Source: Archangiaceae bacterium
GTDB lineage: Bacteria > Myxococcota > Myxococcia > Myxococcales > Myxococcaceae
Assembly (NCBI GenBank): GCA_043750125.1
Contig: JAYVCD010000232.1
Location: 1 to 12,012, forward strand
Length of the DNA stretch: 12,012 bases
Direction of reading: 5' to 3'
Position numbers and translations under genes: made by a program. Shown here one piece after another: positions 1-7,256 of this stretch (position 1 is its first letter; each line of letters begins with the position of its first letter). The notes beneath the pieces are model-generated. The model saw only the letters and a list, made by a program, of their open reading frames with translations. It ran no database searches and was not told where the DNA came from.

Positions 1-141
1 TGGATCAGTTTCAGAGCGGCCGGATCACCGCGTGGGCGCTCAAGCGCCCTGTCAAAAGGTTCGGGCTTGGCCGCCCTGAGCGCGTTCCGCCTGAAGGACC
101 CCTGGCCTTGATTTGCACGCCAGAGGTAGGCAGGAAGCAGC

Positions 142-1320
142 GTGCGCGCACTTGGACTCTTTGGAGCTGGGCTCGTGGTTTTGATCGCTTTGCTGAGCGT
201 CTGGCTCTTCAGCAGGCCGGTGTCTCGACCTCAACCAGTGGCACTGGCCGTGCCTTCGCCCTTCACCGTGGAGAACCCATCTTCGTACGTCGTCTTGACC
301 CAGACGGAGATTGCGATCGCGCACGGGGGCCGGACCACGTTTTCAGTCTCGATTGACCCGTCGAAGTTCGAGTGGGAGCCGCTGTGGAGTGTGGGCCGAG
401 AGCTCGCGCTCAAGCGCTCGGACCTGCCGATCTACGGAAAGGAGGAGTTCCGAACGGTTTACGTGGTTGCGGACAGAAACTTGGGTGCCGCCTGGCTCCG
501 CGCATTGGTAGGAGTCGCGAGCGGCGGGGGCGCCGACGCGGTGATGGTCGACACCCAGCGCGATCCTCTGCAGGACTCGACCGTGAAGGACCCGTTGCGG
601 CTGGCCTTTTTCGAGAACGAGGAAAGCCCGCTGTTCTCGAAGCCTTCGATTGACGTGGCCCTGATTGTCGAACCCGATAGAGCGCGCTACCTGACTCCAA
701 CTGGCTTGAACGAGTGGGTCAATCTGCGCCCTCTGACCAAGGACATCACGCCGGACCTCGTGAGAAACGCAGCCTCGGTTTTCCGGAGAGAACCGAGCTC
801 GTATCAATCGCTGCGAGTTCACGTCGCCGACTCGGTGACTATTGGCGATCTGGTCCGTGTCGCGAGGGCAGGCCAATTTGCGCACGTCAGCTTGTCGATG
901 AATCCTCCTTCCACGCTCGAGTTCAAACGTGACCCACGGCACGCCCCGATCGCCACCGAACGCGTGGTCGGTGTCGCCGATGGAGGTGTTTGGATTCATC
1001 CCGACGGGCTCATTGAGGAGTTGGTGATCGGCCAACAGGCTCTTCAATCGGTGCCGCAAGCAGGCTTGAATTCATGCGCTCGCGGTTCAGCAGGCGGAAT
1101 CGCATTGCTGCGTGCGATGGGAATGCTCGGGAGGTCGCGAACCCACGGCTTGATGCCTTCAGTCGCAACAACCGAGGCGTGTGCCGCCCTCCCCGCCGAC
1201 CTCCAGCATTGTTTCGCTTTGGACGCGGAGGAGGCTTCAGCGTGCGCAAAGGCCGAGGCTGCCCATCCCGAATTGAACCGAATCGCGACCTTCATTCTGC
1301 GAGCGCGAGTTCCTTTCTGA
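142..1320 (+). CDS. Membrane-anchored hypothetical protein with two ExbD/TolR-like periplasmic modules and a Cys-containing C-terminal region
   Basis: 392-aa ORF with a GTG start and purine-rich upstream sequence (AGGCAGGAAG). It has an N-terminal hydrophobic helix (LGLFGAGLVVLIALLSVWLF) and a Pro-rich linker. Two segments resemble the ExbD/TolR C-terminal signature: TVYVVADRNLGAAWLRALVGVASGGGADAVMV and LRVHVADSVTIGDLVRVARAGQFAHVSL. The CDS is likely real; the product call is tentative. Confidence 0.6.
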   Translation: MRALGLFGAGLVVLIALLSVWLFSRPVSRPQPVALAVPSPFTVENPSSYVVLTQTEIAIAHGGRTTFSVSIDPSKFEWEPLWSVGRELALKRSDLPIYGKEEFRTVYVVADRNLGAAWLRALVGVASGGGADAVMVDTQRDPLQDSTVKDPLRLAFFENEESPLFSKPSIDVALIVEPDRARYLTPTGLNEWVNLRPLTKDITPDLVRNAASVFRREPSSYQSLRVHVADSVTIGDLVRVARAGQFAHVSLSMNPPSTLEFKRDPRHAPIATERVVGVADGGVWIHPDGLIEELVIGQQALQSVPQAGLNSCARGSAGGIALLRAMGMLGRSRTHGLMPSVATTEACAALPADLQHCFALDAEEASACAKAEAAHPELNRIATFILRARVPF

Positions 1321-1323
1321 GCT

Positions 1324-4300
1324 CTACAGACAGGCCGTCACGTACGTCACCGTCAACGTCTTCCCACTCGTCGGCGTCTTCAACGGGTCGAACTTCAGCG
1401 CGTTGATCGCCGGGTCGTACGTGTAGTCGCCGGCAGGGGTCGCCACTCCGTTCACCTTCACGTCCAACAGCTTGCCTCCCGAGAGGTCGGGCGCCGACGT
1501 GAGGTAGAAGACCGTTCGAAACCCGAACGCCGTCTTCCCCAGGTCCTGCAGCTTCTGCGACCAGTTCGGGCTGCAGATTTCGTAAATTCCTCCATTCGTC
1601 GCCGTCGCCAACTGCTTGTACGTCGTCGCGTCGTTCGTCCCGTCATACGTGCAGCCCGACGGTGGCGTCAGCGTCAACGGGCCAATGATGCTGAACGTAA
1701 ACATCGACGCCCGGTTGTAGCCCTTCACGTTCATCAGCCGATTGAAGTAGTAGCTGTACGGCTGCGGCGACTGGTCTCCTGCATCCGAAATCACCACCAC
1801 CGCCAGGTTCGCGTCGTACCGCAGCAGCCCGGCGTTCTCGTTCGTAATCTTCGGAGCGGTCAGCGCATCCACCGAAGCGCCAATGCCCTTCTCCTCGCCC
1901 GACCCATTCGTACCCAGGTTCACCTTGGTCTTGAACTTCTGCTCCACCATCGGGGTCGTCGGGGTCAAAATTTTTGGGTTGTTCGCGTCGCCCACCAGCC
2001 GGCCCTGCTCACCGGTCGTGCACGGCAGCCCCAAGCCCGGACAAATCGGAGCGTCGTCGTCCGTCGTCGTCACTCCCATCTGCCAGTCCACCCCCGCGCC
2101 CGCCGCGTACTGAATGAACGCGGTGAAGTTCGTCGACAGGCTCGTCTGCTTGTCCTGCATCGAGCAGCTGTTGTCGATGGTGAGCAGGATGTCTGCCTTC
2201 GGCTGCACGTCCTGCACGAACGTGTCCGTCTGCAAGCCGTTCGGGTCCCCACGCCCTCGCAAGTTCACCAGGTACGCCAGGTTCTGACCCGACTGAATCG
2301 CCTCGACCGAGATCGCTCCGTTGTCCGCGCCTACGTCGATCGCCCGGTACTTCGCCTGGAACGTGACCGGCGTTCCTCCCGGTGCGAGCACCAGCCCGCC
2401 CGTCGGAATCGAAGGCGTGCTCACCAATACAAACTCGGGGCAGTACGCCGTTCCTGCGCAGTTCGGCCCGCCCGCCGGTTGGCCCGCCGGCGCCTGCACC
2501 TTGAAGCCGGTGATGGTCACGTTCGAGTTGCAGACGTTGTAGGTGGTGAACGTGCGCGTCGAGCTGTTGCAGCCGGGCTTCACCGCTCCGAAGTCGAGAT
2601 CATCGGGGGCAATCACCAGGCAGCTGGGTCCCACCGACGTCGTCAGCGGCACCGAGACCACCGGCTTGGTCGGCGAGTTGACGTTGAAGGTCAGCGCTCC
2701 GCTGTAGGTCGTCAGCGTCGCGGAAATCGGCCCCGGAGGCGCCACCCGCACCACCACCTGGAACGACTGCATCGGCTGCAGCTCTTTGTTGTCGATCGTT
2801 CCGCCCACCAACGTGTACGCCGCGTTGCTGCCCGTCGCGATTTCAATCCCACTCAAGTAGCAGAGGTCTCCCGGGTTCTGACCCAGGTTGGTGAGGGTAA
2901 TCGGCAGTTCCTTGAACGCCGGCGGCGCCACCAACCCGAAGTTCACCGGGCCCGAGGGAGTCACCTGCAAATTACACGGCGGCAACATCTGCGCATCGGC
3001 GGTGAGGTGAATCTTCACGTCCGGCTCGGCCGAGTCGTTGGAGTGAATCACCAGCTCGGCGTCCTTTGCCCCCGGGCTCTTCGGCGTCAGCGTCACCGCC
3101 AGGTCCACCAGATTCTTTCCCGCCACCGCTTCCAGCCCCTTCGTTTTGTCGTAGGTCCCCGAGATTCCCAGGTCGATTTCGTCGACCGCCGTCGTCGCGT
3201 TCAGCGAGCGAATCGAGACCAACGGAAGCTGCCCCGCGACTCCACCCGCCACCGAGCCGAGGAACAGGTTGCCCTGCACGTCGCCGTTGGGCGGCTTGGT
3301 CCCGACGTTCATCACCGTGAGCTTGCGGGTCACCGGAATCGGCGCTCCCGCATAGAAGGCCACCTTCCCGAAGCTCAGCGACGGGTTCGGCGCGACCTTG
3401 ATCCGCGGCCCACCGCCATAACACTTGAGGCTCACCGTCCCGCTCGGCTGCCGGGTCAACCCAGTGCTGAACGTCAGGTTCGCCACCCGTGGCCCCAGGC
3501 CCGTCGGCTTGCAGGCCACCGTCAGCGCAGTCGGCACCCCGTCGCCCGGAATCGTGAACGTCGTCGCCGTGCCCGTGCCCGCCGGATCCTTGAAGAGGAA
3601 GTCGGTCGGCATCGACGTAGCCACCTGGGTAATCGTGATCGGAACCTTCGACAGGTTGGTGAAGACCACCTGGCGGCCCGCTTCCACCGTCGGGCTGACG
3701 TAGCCGTAATCCAGCGACGACGGGGTCCAGGTCAGCACGTCGTCCACGCCCGTTCCTTTCAGCTTCACGTCCACCGGCTCGCACTCGCCCGGGCCCTTCA
3801 TCTTCACGCTCGCCGCGTAGTCCCGCTTCTGCGTCGGAGCGAAACCCGCCTTAATCATCACGCTCGTCATCGCCGCAATCGTCACGTCGCCTTTGGGCGC
3901 TGCGTCGAAAGAAGAAGCGTCCGTTCCCGTCACTTCTCCAACCACCGCCACCCCGCTGATCGCGTGGGTGTTCTTCATCTCGACCGGCAACTCGAAGCGA
4001 TCGCCCACCGGCACCGGCCCGAAGTCGAGCTCGGTAGGAATCGAGCAGCCGCCCCCTTCGCCCTTCCCGGTGAGAAGAATGGTCGCGGTGTTCTCATCGG
4101 CCATCGTGCCGCCCGCGCTCAGCAGCAGCTTGACCGAGTAGTCCTTTCCGCCCCGGGGCGTGAAGAGCATGTCGATCTCGAGCTCGGCCGTCGACGCCAC
4201 TTCTGCGTCGGGCTCGAACTTCACTTCGAACGCCGCGTCGGTCTTCGCGTCGGCGCCGAGGGTGACGCTCGCGCCCTCGACCTTTTCCAACGAGATGAGG

Positions 4301-4551
4301 CGCAGCGGACTCTTGCCGGTGTTGCGGATGATCAATTTCTTGCTGATCTTCTCACCTGAAAACGCGGTTCCGAAGTCGTAGACCGCGTCACGGTCGACAT
4401 GGACCACGCTCGTCGCGTCGCTCCACACCACCTTGAGCTCCGCGTTGCTGGATCCAATTGTGGACCCGCGGCAGTTGCAGCCCGCGACGCTTCCAGCGAC
4501 GACGAGCAAAGCAATTGCGGACGAAAGCCGACCGGCTGAACGCGAGTTCAT
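1324..4551 (-). CDS. Large surface lipoprotein: six ASH/choice-of-anchor-D-like Ig domains plus C-terminal von Willebrand factor A (VWA) domain
   Basis: Start moved from the track's 4602 to the ATG at 4551, which has GGAG 7 nt upstream (1075 aa). Signal peptide with lipobox VAG|C followed by NC. Six repeats open with [DSN][FY]G and continue with a strand ending in N: YDFGTA, LDFGPV, LDYGYV, LSFGKV, VNFGLV, LDFGAV. The VWA domain has a MIDAS motif DILLTIDNSCSM (DxSxS at 2161-2175) and a later VVVISD. Codons are strongly G/C-ending on the minus strand. Confidence 0.85.
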   Translation of the reverse strand: MNSRSAGRLSSAIALLVVAGSVAGCNCRGSTIGSSNAELKVVWSDATSVVHVDRDAVYDFGTAFSGEKISKKLIIRNTGKSPLRLISLEKVEGASVTLGADAKTDAAFEVKFEPDAEVASTAELEIDMLFTPRGGKDYSVKLLLSAGGTMADENTATILLTGKGEGGGCSIPTELDFGPVPVGDRFELPVEMKNTHAISGVAVVGEVTGTDASSFDAAPKGDVTIAAMTSVMIKAGFAPTQKRDYAASVKMKGPGECEPVDVKLKGTGVDDVLTWTPSSLDYGYVSPTVEAGRQVVFTNLSKVPITITQVATSMPTDFLFKDPAGTGTATTFTIPGDGVPTALTVACKPTGLGPRVANLTFSTGLTRQPSGTVSLKCYGGGPRIKVAPNPSLSFGKVAFYAGAPIPVTRKLTVMNVGTKPPNGDVQGNLFLGSVAGGVAGQLPLVSIRSLNATTAVDEIDLGISGTYDKTKGLEAVAGKNLVDLAVTLTPKSPGAKDAELVIHSNDSAEPDVKIHLTADAQMLPPCNLQVTPSGPVNFGLVAPPAFKELPITLTNLGQNPGDLCYLSGIEIATGSNAAYTLVGGTIDNKELQPMQSFQVVVRVAPPGPISATLTTYSGALTFNVNSPTKPVVSVPLTTSVGPSCLVIAPDDLDFGAVKPGCNSSTRTFTTYNVCNSNVTITGFKVQAPAGQPAGGPNCAGTAYCPEFVLVSTPSIPTGGLVLAPGGTPVTFQAKYRAIDVGADNGAISVEAIQSGQNLAYLVNLRGRGDPNGLQTDTFVQDVQPKADILLTIDNSCSMQDKQTSLSTNFTAFIQYAAGAGVDWQMGVTTTDDDAPICPGLGLPCTTGEQGRLVGDANNPKILTPTTPMVEQKFKTKVNLGTNGSGEEKGIGASVDALTAPKITNENAGLLRYDANLAVVVISDAGDQSPQPYSYYFNRLMNVKGYNRASMFTFSIIGPLTLTPPSGCTYDGTNDATTYKQLATATNGGIYEICSPNWSQKLQDLGKTAFGFRTVFYLTSAPDLSGGKLLDVKVNGVATPAGDYTYDPAINALKFDPLKTPTSGKTLTVTYVTACL

Positions 4552-4752
4552 GCAGAGACTCCAGGTGCGAAAAGTGCGCAGACAGGGGAGGGCTCCCCTC
4601 AAAGCGCGCGCATGCTGCTTATGTGCGCGCCGGAGATCAAGCCCACCCCTTGTTGCCTACACGGGGATGTGTGTAGGAGTGCGCGGCGTTCGGGTCTCAA
4701 GGCCGGCCTCAAAAAGCAGAACGCCCGCACCCAGGTTCGAGAGAAAAATCAC
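4552..4752. promoter_or_regulatory. Divergent promoter region containing four palindromes
   Basis: 201-bp gap between head-to-head genes. Inverted repeats: AGGGGAG-gg-CTCCCCT (4584-4599), GCGCGCGCAT-N7-ATGTGCGCGC (4604-4630, one mismatch), CCTACAC-N8-GTGTAGG (4656-4677) and AGGCCGGCCT (4700-4709). Promoter elements themselves were not identified. Confidence 0.5.
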
Positions 4753-5706
4753 ATGATCAACCCCACCACCGCCCGGGCCATCGCTCTGGGAGCAGCGCTC
4801 GGATTCGTCCTCGCTGTCGTCCCTTCCTGCGGCAGCAGCAAGCCTCCGGTCGCCAAATGCAATCACAACACCTGTCCGGGTTGCTGTGACGACATGGGCG
4901 TTTGCTTGAAAGGAATTGTCCTCGAGGCGTGTGGCATTGATGGCGTCAGTTGTCTGGTCTGTACCGCCAGTCAAAAGTGCGAGTCCGGCGCCTGTCGCAT
5001 GGGATCCGCCGGCGGCGGCACGGGCGGCACCGGAGGAGGCAGTGCGACCGGGGGAGGCTCGGGCGGTGGCCTCGGCGGTGGCCTCGGCGGCGGCCCGGGC
5101 GGCGGTAGCGGCGGTAGCGGCGGTAGCGGCGGTAGCGGCGGTAGCGGCGGTAGCGGCGGCGGTACCGGTACCGGGGGCGGCTCGGCGGCATGCAGCGCGG
5201 CCAACTGCCCCGGCTGCTGCGATCCGTTCACTGGCCAGTGTCGGCCCGGAGATCAAAGCACGCTGTGCGGCGCGAGCGGCATCGCGTGCAAGGTCTGCAA
5301 CACCGGCGTCGGCCAGACCTGTACCAACAAGGCGTGCACCGGCGGACCGTGCGATGCGACCAACTGCGCCGGCTGCTGTGCGAACACCACCACCTGCATT
5401 ACCCCGCAGACTTCCAGCCAGTGCGGGCTCAATGGCGCCAGCTGCGTGTCCTGCCAGGGCACCGCTCAGTGCCAGGTCGACGCCGGGGTCTGCGCCGGAG
5501 GCTCGGGCGGCGGCGCGGGAGGATCCGGCGGTTCAGGTGGAGCGGGGGGCGGCGGGTTGACGCTGCCTTGTTCTCCCGCGTGCGCCACCGGAAAATGCTG
5601 CGACTTCGGAGTCAGCTGCGCCAGCTCTGGAGCCTCGTGCCTCTTCACCAACTTGTTGCTGGGCACGAACCAGAAGTGCGACGCGGCTTCTTCCACCTGC
5701 CAGTAG
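4753..5706 (+). CDS. Cys-rich repeat lipoprotein with Gly/Ser/Thr linkers (myxobacterial-type surface protein)
   Basis: Start moved from 4612 to the ATG at 4753, with GAGAG upstream (317 aa). Signal peptide MINPTTARAIALGAALGFVLAVVPS|C. Three 10-Cys modules of pattern C-x4-C-x-G-C-C...C...CG-x2-G-x2-C-x2-C...C...C at 4858-4995, 5191-5337 and 5350-5493. An 8-Cys variant lies at 5569-5700. Two Gly-rich linkers. Confidence 0.85.
   Translation: MINPTTARAIALGAALGFVLAVVPSCGSSKPPVAKCNHNTCPGCCDDMGVCLKGIVLEACGIDGVSCLVCTASQKCESGACRMGSAGGGTGGTGGGSATGGGSGGGLGGGLGGGPGGGSGGSGGSGGSGGSGGSGGGTGTGGGSAACSAANCPGCCDPFTGQCRPGDQSTLCGASGIACKVCNTGVGQTCTNKACTGGPCDATNCAGCCANTTTCITPQTSSQCGLNGASCVSCQGTAQCQVDAGVCAGGSGGGAGGSGGSGGAGGGGLTLPCSPACATGKCCDFGVSCASSGASCLFTNLLLGTNQKCDAASSTCQ
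5062..5154 (+). repeat. In-frame tandem repeats: (GGCGGTGGCCTC)x2 plus one variant, then (GGCGGTAGC)x6
   Basis: Read directly from the sequence. 12-bp units at 5062-5097 encode GGGL/GGGL/GGGP. Six identical 9-bp units at 5101-5154 encode (GGS)6. Confidence 0.95.
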
Positions 5707-5729
5707 AGCGTTCGAATCGGGGGTAGTGC

Positions 5730-6731
5730 GTGGCTTCAAAATCACCAGCCCTCGAGCTGACGGTCGCCGGCAAGACCGTTCGGATCAGCAACCCCACCAA
5801 GCCCTTCTTCCCCGAAGCGGGGCTGACCAAGTTGGACATCGTCCAGTACTACCTCGCCGTCGCCGAGGGGGCGCTGGTCGGCGTTCGCGGTCGCCCGATG
5901 GCGCTCAAGCGCTTCCCCGATGGAGCGGGAGGCGACTTCTTTTTTCAGAAGCGCGCGCCGACTCCCCGCCCCGAGTGGTTGGAAACAGTGACGCTGAGTT
6001 TTCCCTCGGGCCGCACCGCGGACGAGGTGGTGGTGCGCGACGCCGCGGCCCTCGCGTTCGTGGTGAACCTCGGCTGTCTGGATTTGAACCCCCACGCGGT
6101 GATGGCCGACGACCTCGAGCACCCCAACGAGCTTCGGGTGGATCTCGACCCCGGCCCCGGAGTCGAATTTTCCCAGGTGAAGCAGGTGGCGCTGACCGTG
6201 CGAGAAGTGCTCGCCGAGCTGGGGTTGACCGGCTACCCGAAGACTTCGGGCAGCCGCGGAATTCACGTCAACGTGCGATTGGAACCGAAGTGGAGCTTTC
6301 TGCAAGTGCGAAGGTGCGCGCTCGCGCTGGCCCGCGAAGTCGAGAAGAAGGTGCCCGCGCTTGCGACCAGCAAGTGGTGGAAGGAGGAGAGGCACGGGGT
6401 CTTCCTCGACTACAACCAGAACGCCAAAGACCGCACCGTCGCCTCGGCCTACTCGGTGCGGCCGACGAAGGAAGCGCGGGTGTCGGCTCCGCTGACGTGG
6501 GACGAGCTGCCTCACGTCGAGCTGGCCGACTTCACCGTGCGAACGATGCTCACCCGCTACCCACAGCTGGGCGATGTGGGCGCCGGGATTGACGCTCAAC
6601 CGTTCTCACTGCAGTCGCTGCTCGAGCTGTCGGCGAAGCAGGAAATGCAAGGGCAGGGAGACGCGCCGTGGCCGCCGCACTATGCCAAAGGCGACGCTGA
6701 GCCGAAGCGGCACGATGATCGAAGAGATTGA
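5730..6731 (+). CDS. ligD: Stand-alone LigD-type DNA primase-polymerase (AEP superfamily; polymerase domain only, Prim-PolC/PolD-like)
   Basis: 333 aa with the typical N-terminus VRISNPTKPFFPEAGLTKLDIVQYY and KRFPDG...FFQK. Catalytic DxD in RVDLDPG (6141-6149), SGxxGxH in KTSGSRGIHV, third Asp in KWWKEERHGVFLDYNQN, and DRTVASAYSVR...VSAPLTWDE. There is no ligase or phosphoesterase domain, so the symbol refers only to the polymerase-domain family. Confidence 0.92.
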   Translation: MASKSPALELTVAGKTVRISNPTKPFFPEAGLTKLDIVQYYLAVAEGALVGVRGRPMALKRFPDGAGGDFFFQKRAPTPRPEWLETVTLSFPSGRTADEVVVRDAAALAFVVNLGCLDLNPHAVMADDLEHPNELRVDLDPGPGVEFSQVKQVALTVREVLAELGLTGYPKTSGSRGIHVNVRLEPKWSFLQVRRCALALAREVEKKVPALATSKWWKEERHGVFLDYNQNAKDRTVASAYSVRPTKEARVSAPLTWDELPHVELADFTVRTMLTRYPQLGDVGAGIDAQPFSLQSLLELSAKQEMQGQGDAPWPPHYAKGDAEPKRHDDRRD

Positions 6732-7239
6732 GGCGCGGATGTGGAGGATCTCTCAGTCGCTGTACGACACCAGCGTTTCCGAGCAGGTCCTCGAAGAAGA
6801 GGTGCTGCCCTGGCTGGCCGAAGACATTCAGTTCACCGACCCCTGGCAGCACGGAGAGGGCCTCGCGCTGTACCGCAAAGGCGCGGCCGCCTTTCACGCG
6901 ATGTTCAAGTTCGACTTCGACGTCTACCAACTCAACGTTCAGCTCAACGCCAACGCGCGCACCGGGCGGGTGATTGTCGACGGAGTGATGAACCTGCGGC
7001 AGTTCAGCTGGCTCTACACCTTTCCGCTGCGCACGATTCTCGTCTACGACTTCACCCTGCTCGACCCGCCCCGGGGGCAGGTGACCTTCCTCATTCACAA
7101 CCACGAGGAGATGTGGAGCGTGGGAGACATGATCGAAGCCGTCCCCGCCCTCGGCTGGTTCTACAAGCGCGTCTTTCGAACCGCATTCAGCAAGGGCTTC
7201 ATCGCGGCGGGCACGTGGGTGCGGCGGCTGCGCCGGTAG
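6715..7239 (+). CDS. SnoaL/NTF2-like fold hypothetical protein (DUF2358-like)
   Basis: 174 aa from the ATG at 6715; alternative ATGs at 6682 and 6739. [20 protein letters not shown] matches the D-x-x-F-x-DP...G...Y pattern of NTF2-like proteins. It ends with [10 protein letters not shown] and an amphipathic aromatic/basic tail. Strong G/C-ending codon bias in this frame. Confidence 0.7.
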   Translation: MIEEIEARMWRISQSLYDTSVSEQVLEEEVLPWLAEDIQFTDPWQHGEGLALYRKGAAAFHAMFKFDFDVYQLNVQLNANARTGRVIVDGVMNLRQFSWLYTFPLRTILVYDFTLLDPPRGQVTFLIHNHEEMWSVGDMIEAVPALGWFYKRVFRTAFSKGFIAAGTWVRRLRR

Positions 7240-7256
7240 GCACGCCGGGGCCAGAA

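Noticed and set aside
34..49. Hairpin GGGCGCT-ca-AGCGCCC as an intrinsic terminator
   Set aside because: No U-tract follows it on either strand and the upstream context is outside the window, so its function cannot be supported.
103..117. TGGCCTTGATTTGCA resembling a sigma54 promoter upstream of the first CDS
   Set aside because: GG-to-GC spacing is 9 nt rather than the strictly required 10.
2479..4359. 626-aa + strand ORF, and similar long antisense ORFs at 5742-6599, 7161-9044 and 10444-11721
   Set aside because: These are antisense shadows of real high-GC3 genes. They are Arg/His/Val-rich, carry no motifs and lie largely or wholly opposite well-supported CDSs.
4657..5560. Ala-rich, Pro-rich and RRY-repeat ORFs in other frames
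   Set aside because: They are alternative-frame readings of the Gly-linker repeats in the Cys-rich lipoprotein gene.
5730..6731. Primase-polymerase as the replicase of a plasmid, phage or anti-phage system
   Set aside because: The motifs (WWKEER, DYNQN, ASAYSVR) place it in the chromosomal LigD/Prim-PolC repair clade. No helicase, integrase, cas or defence genes are nearby.
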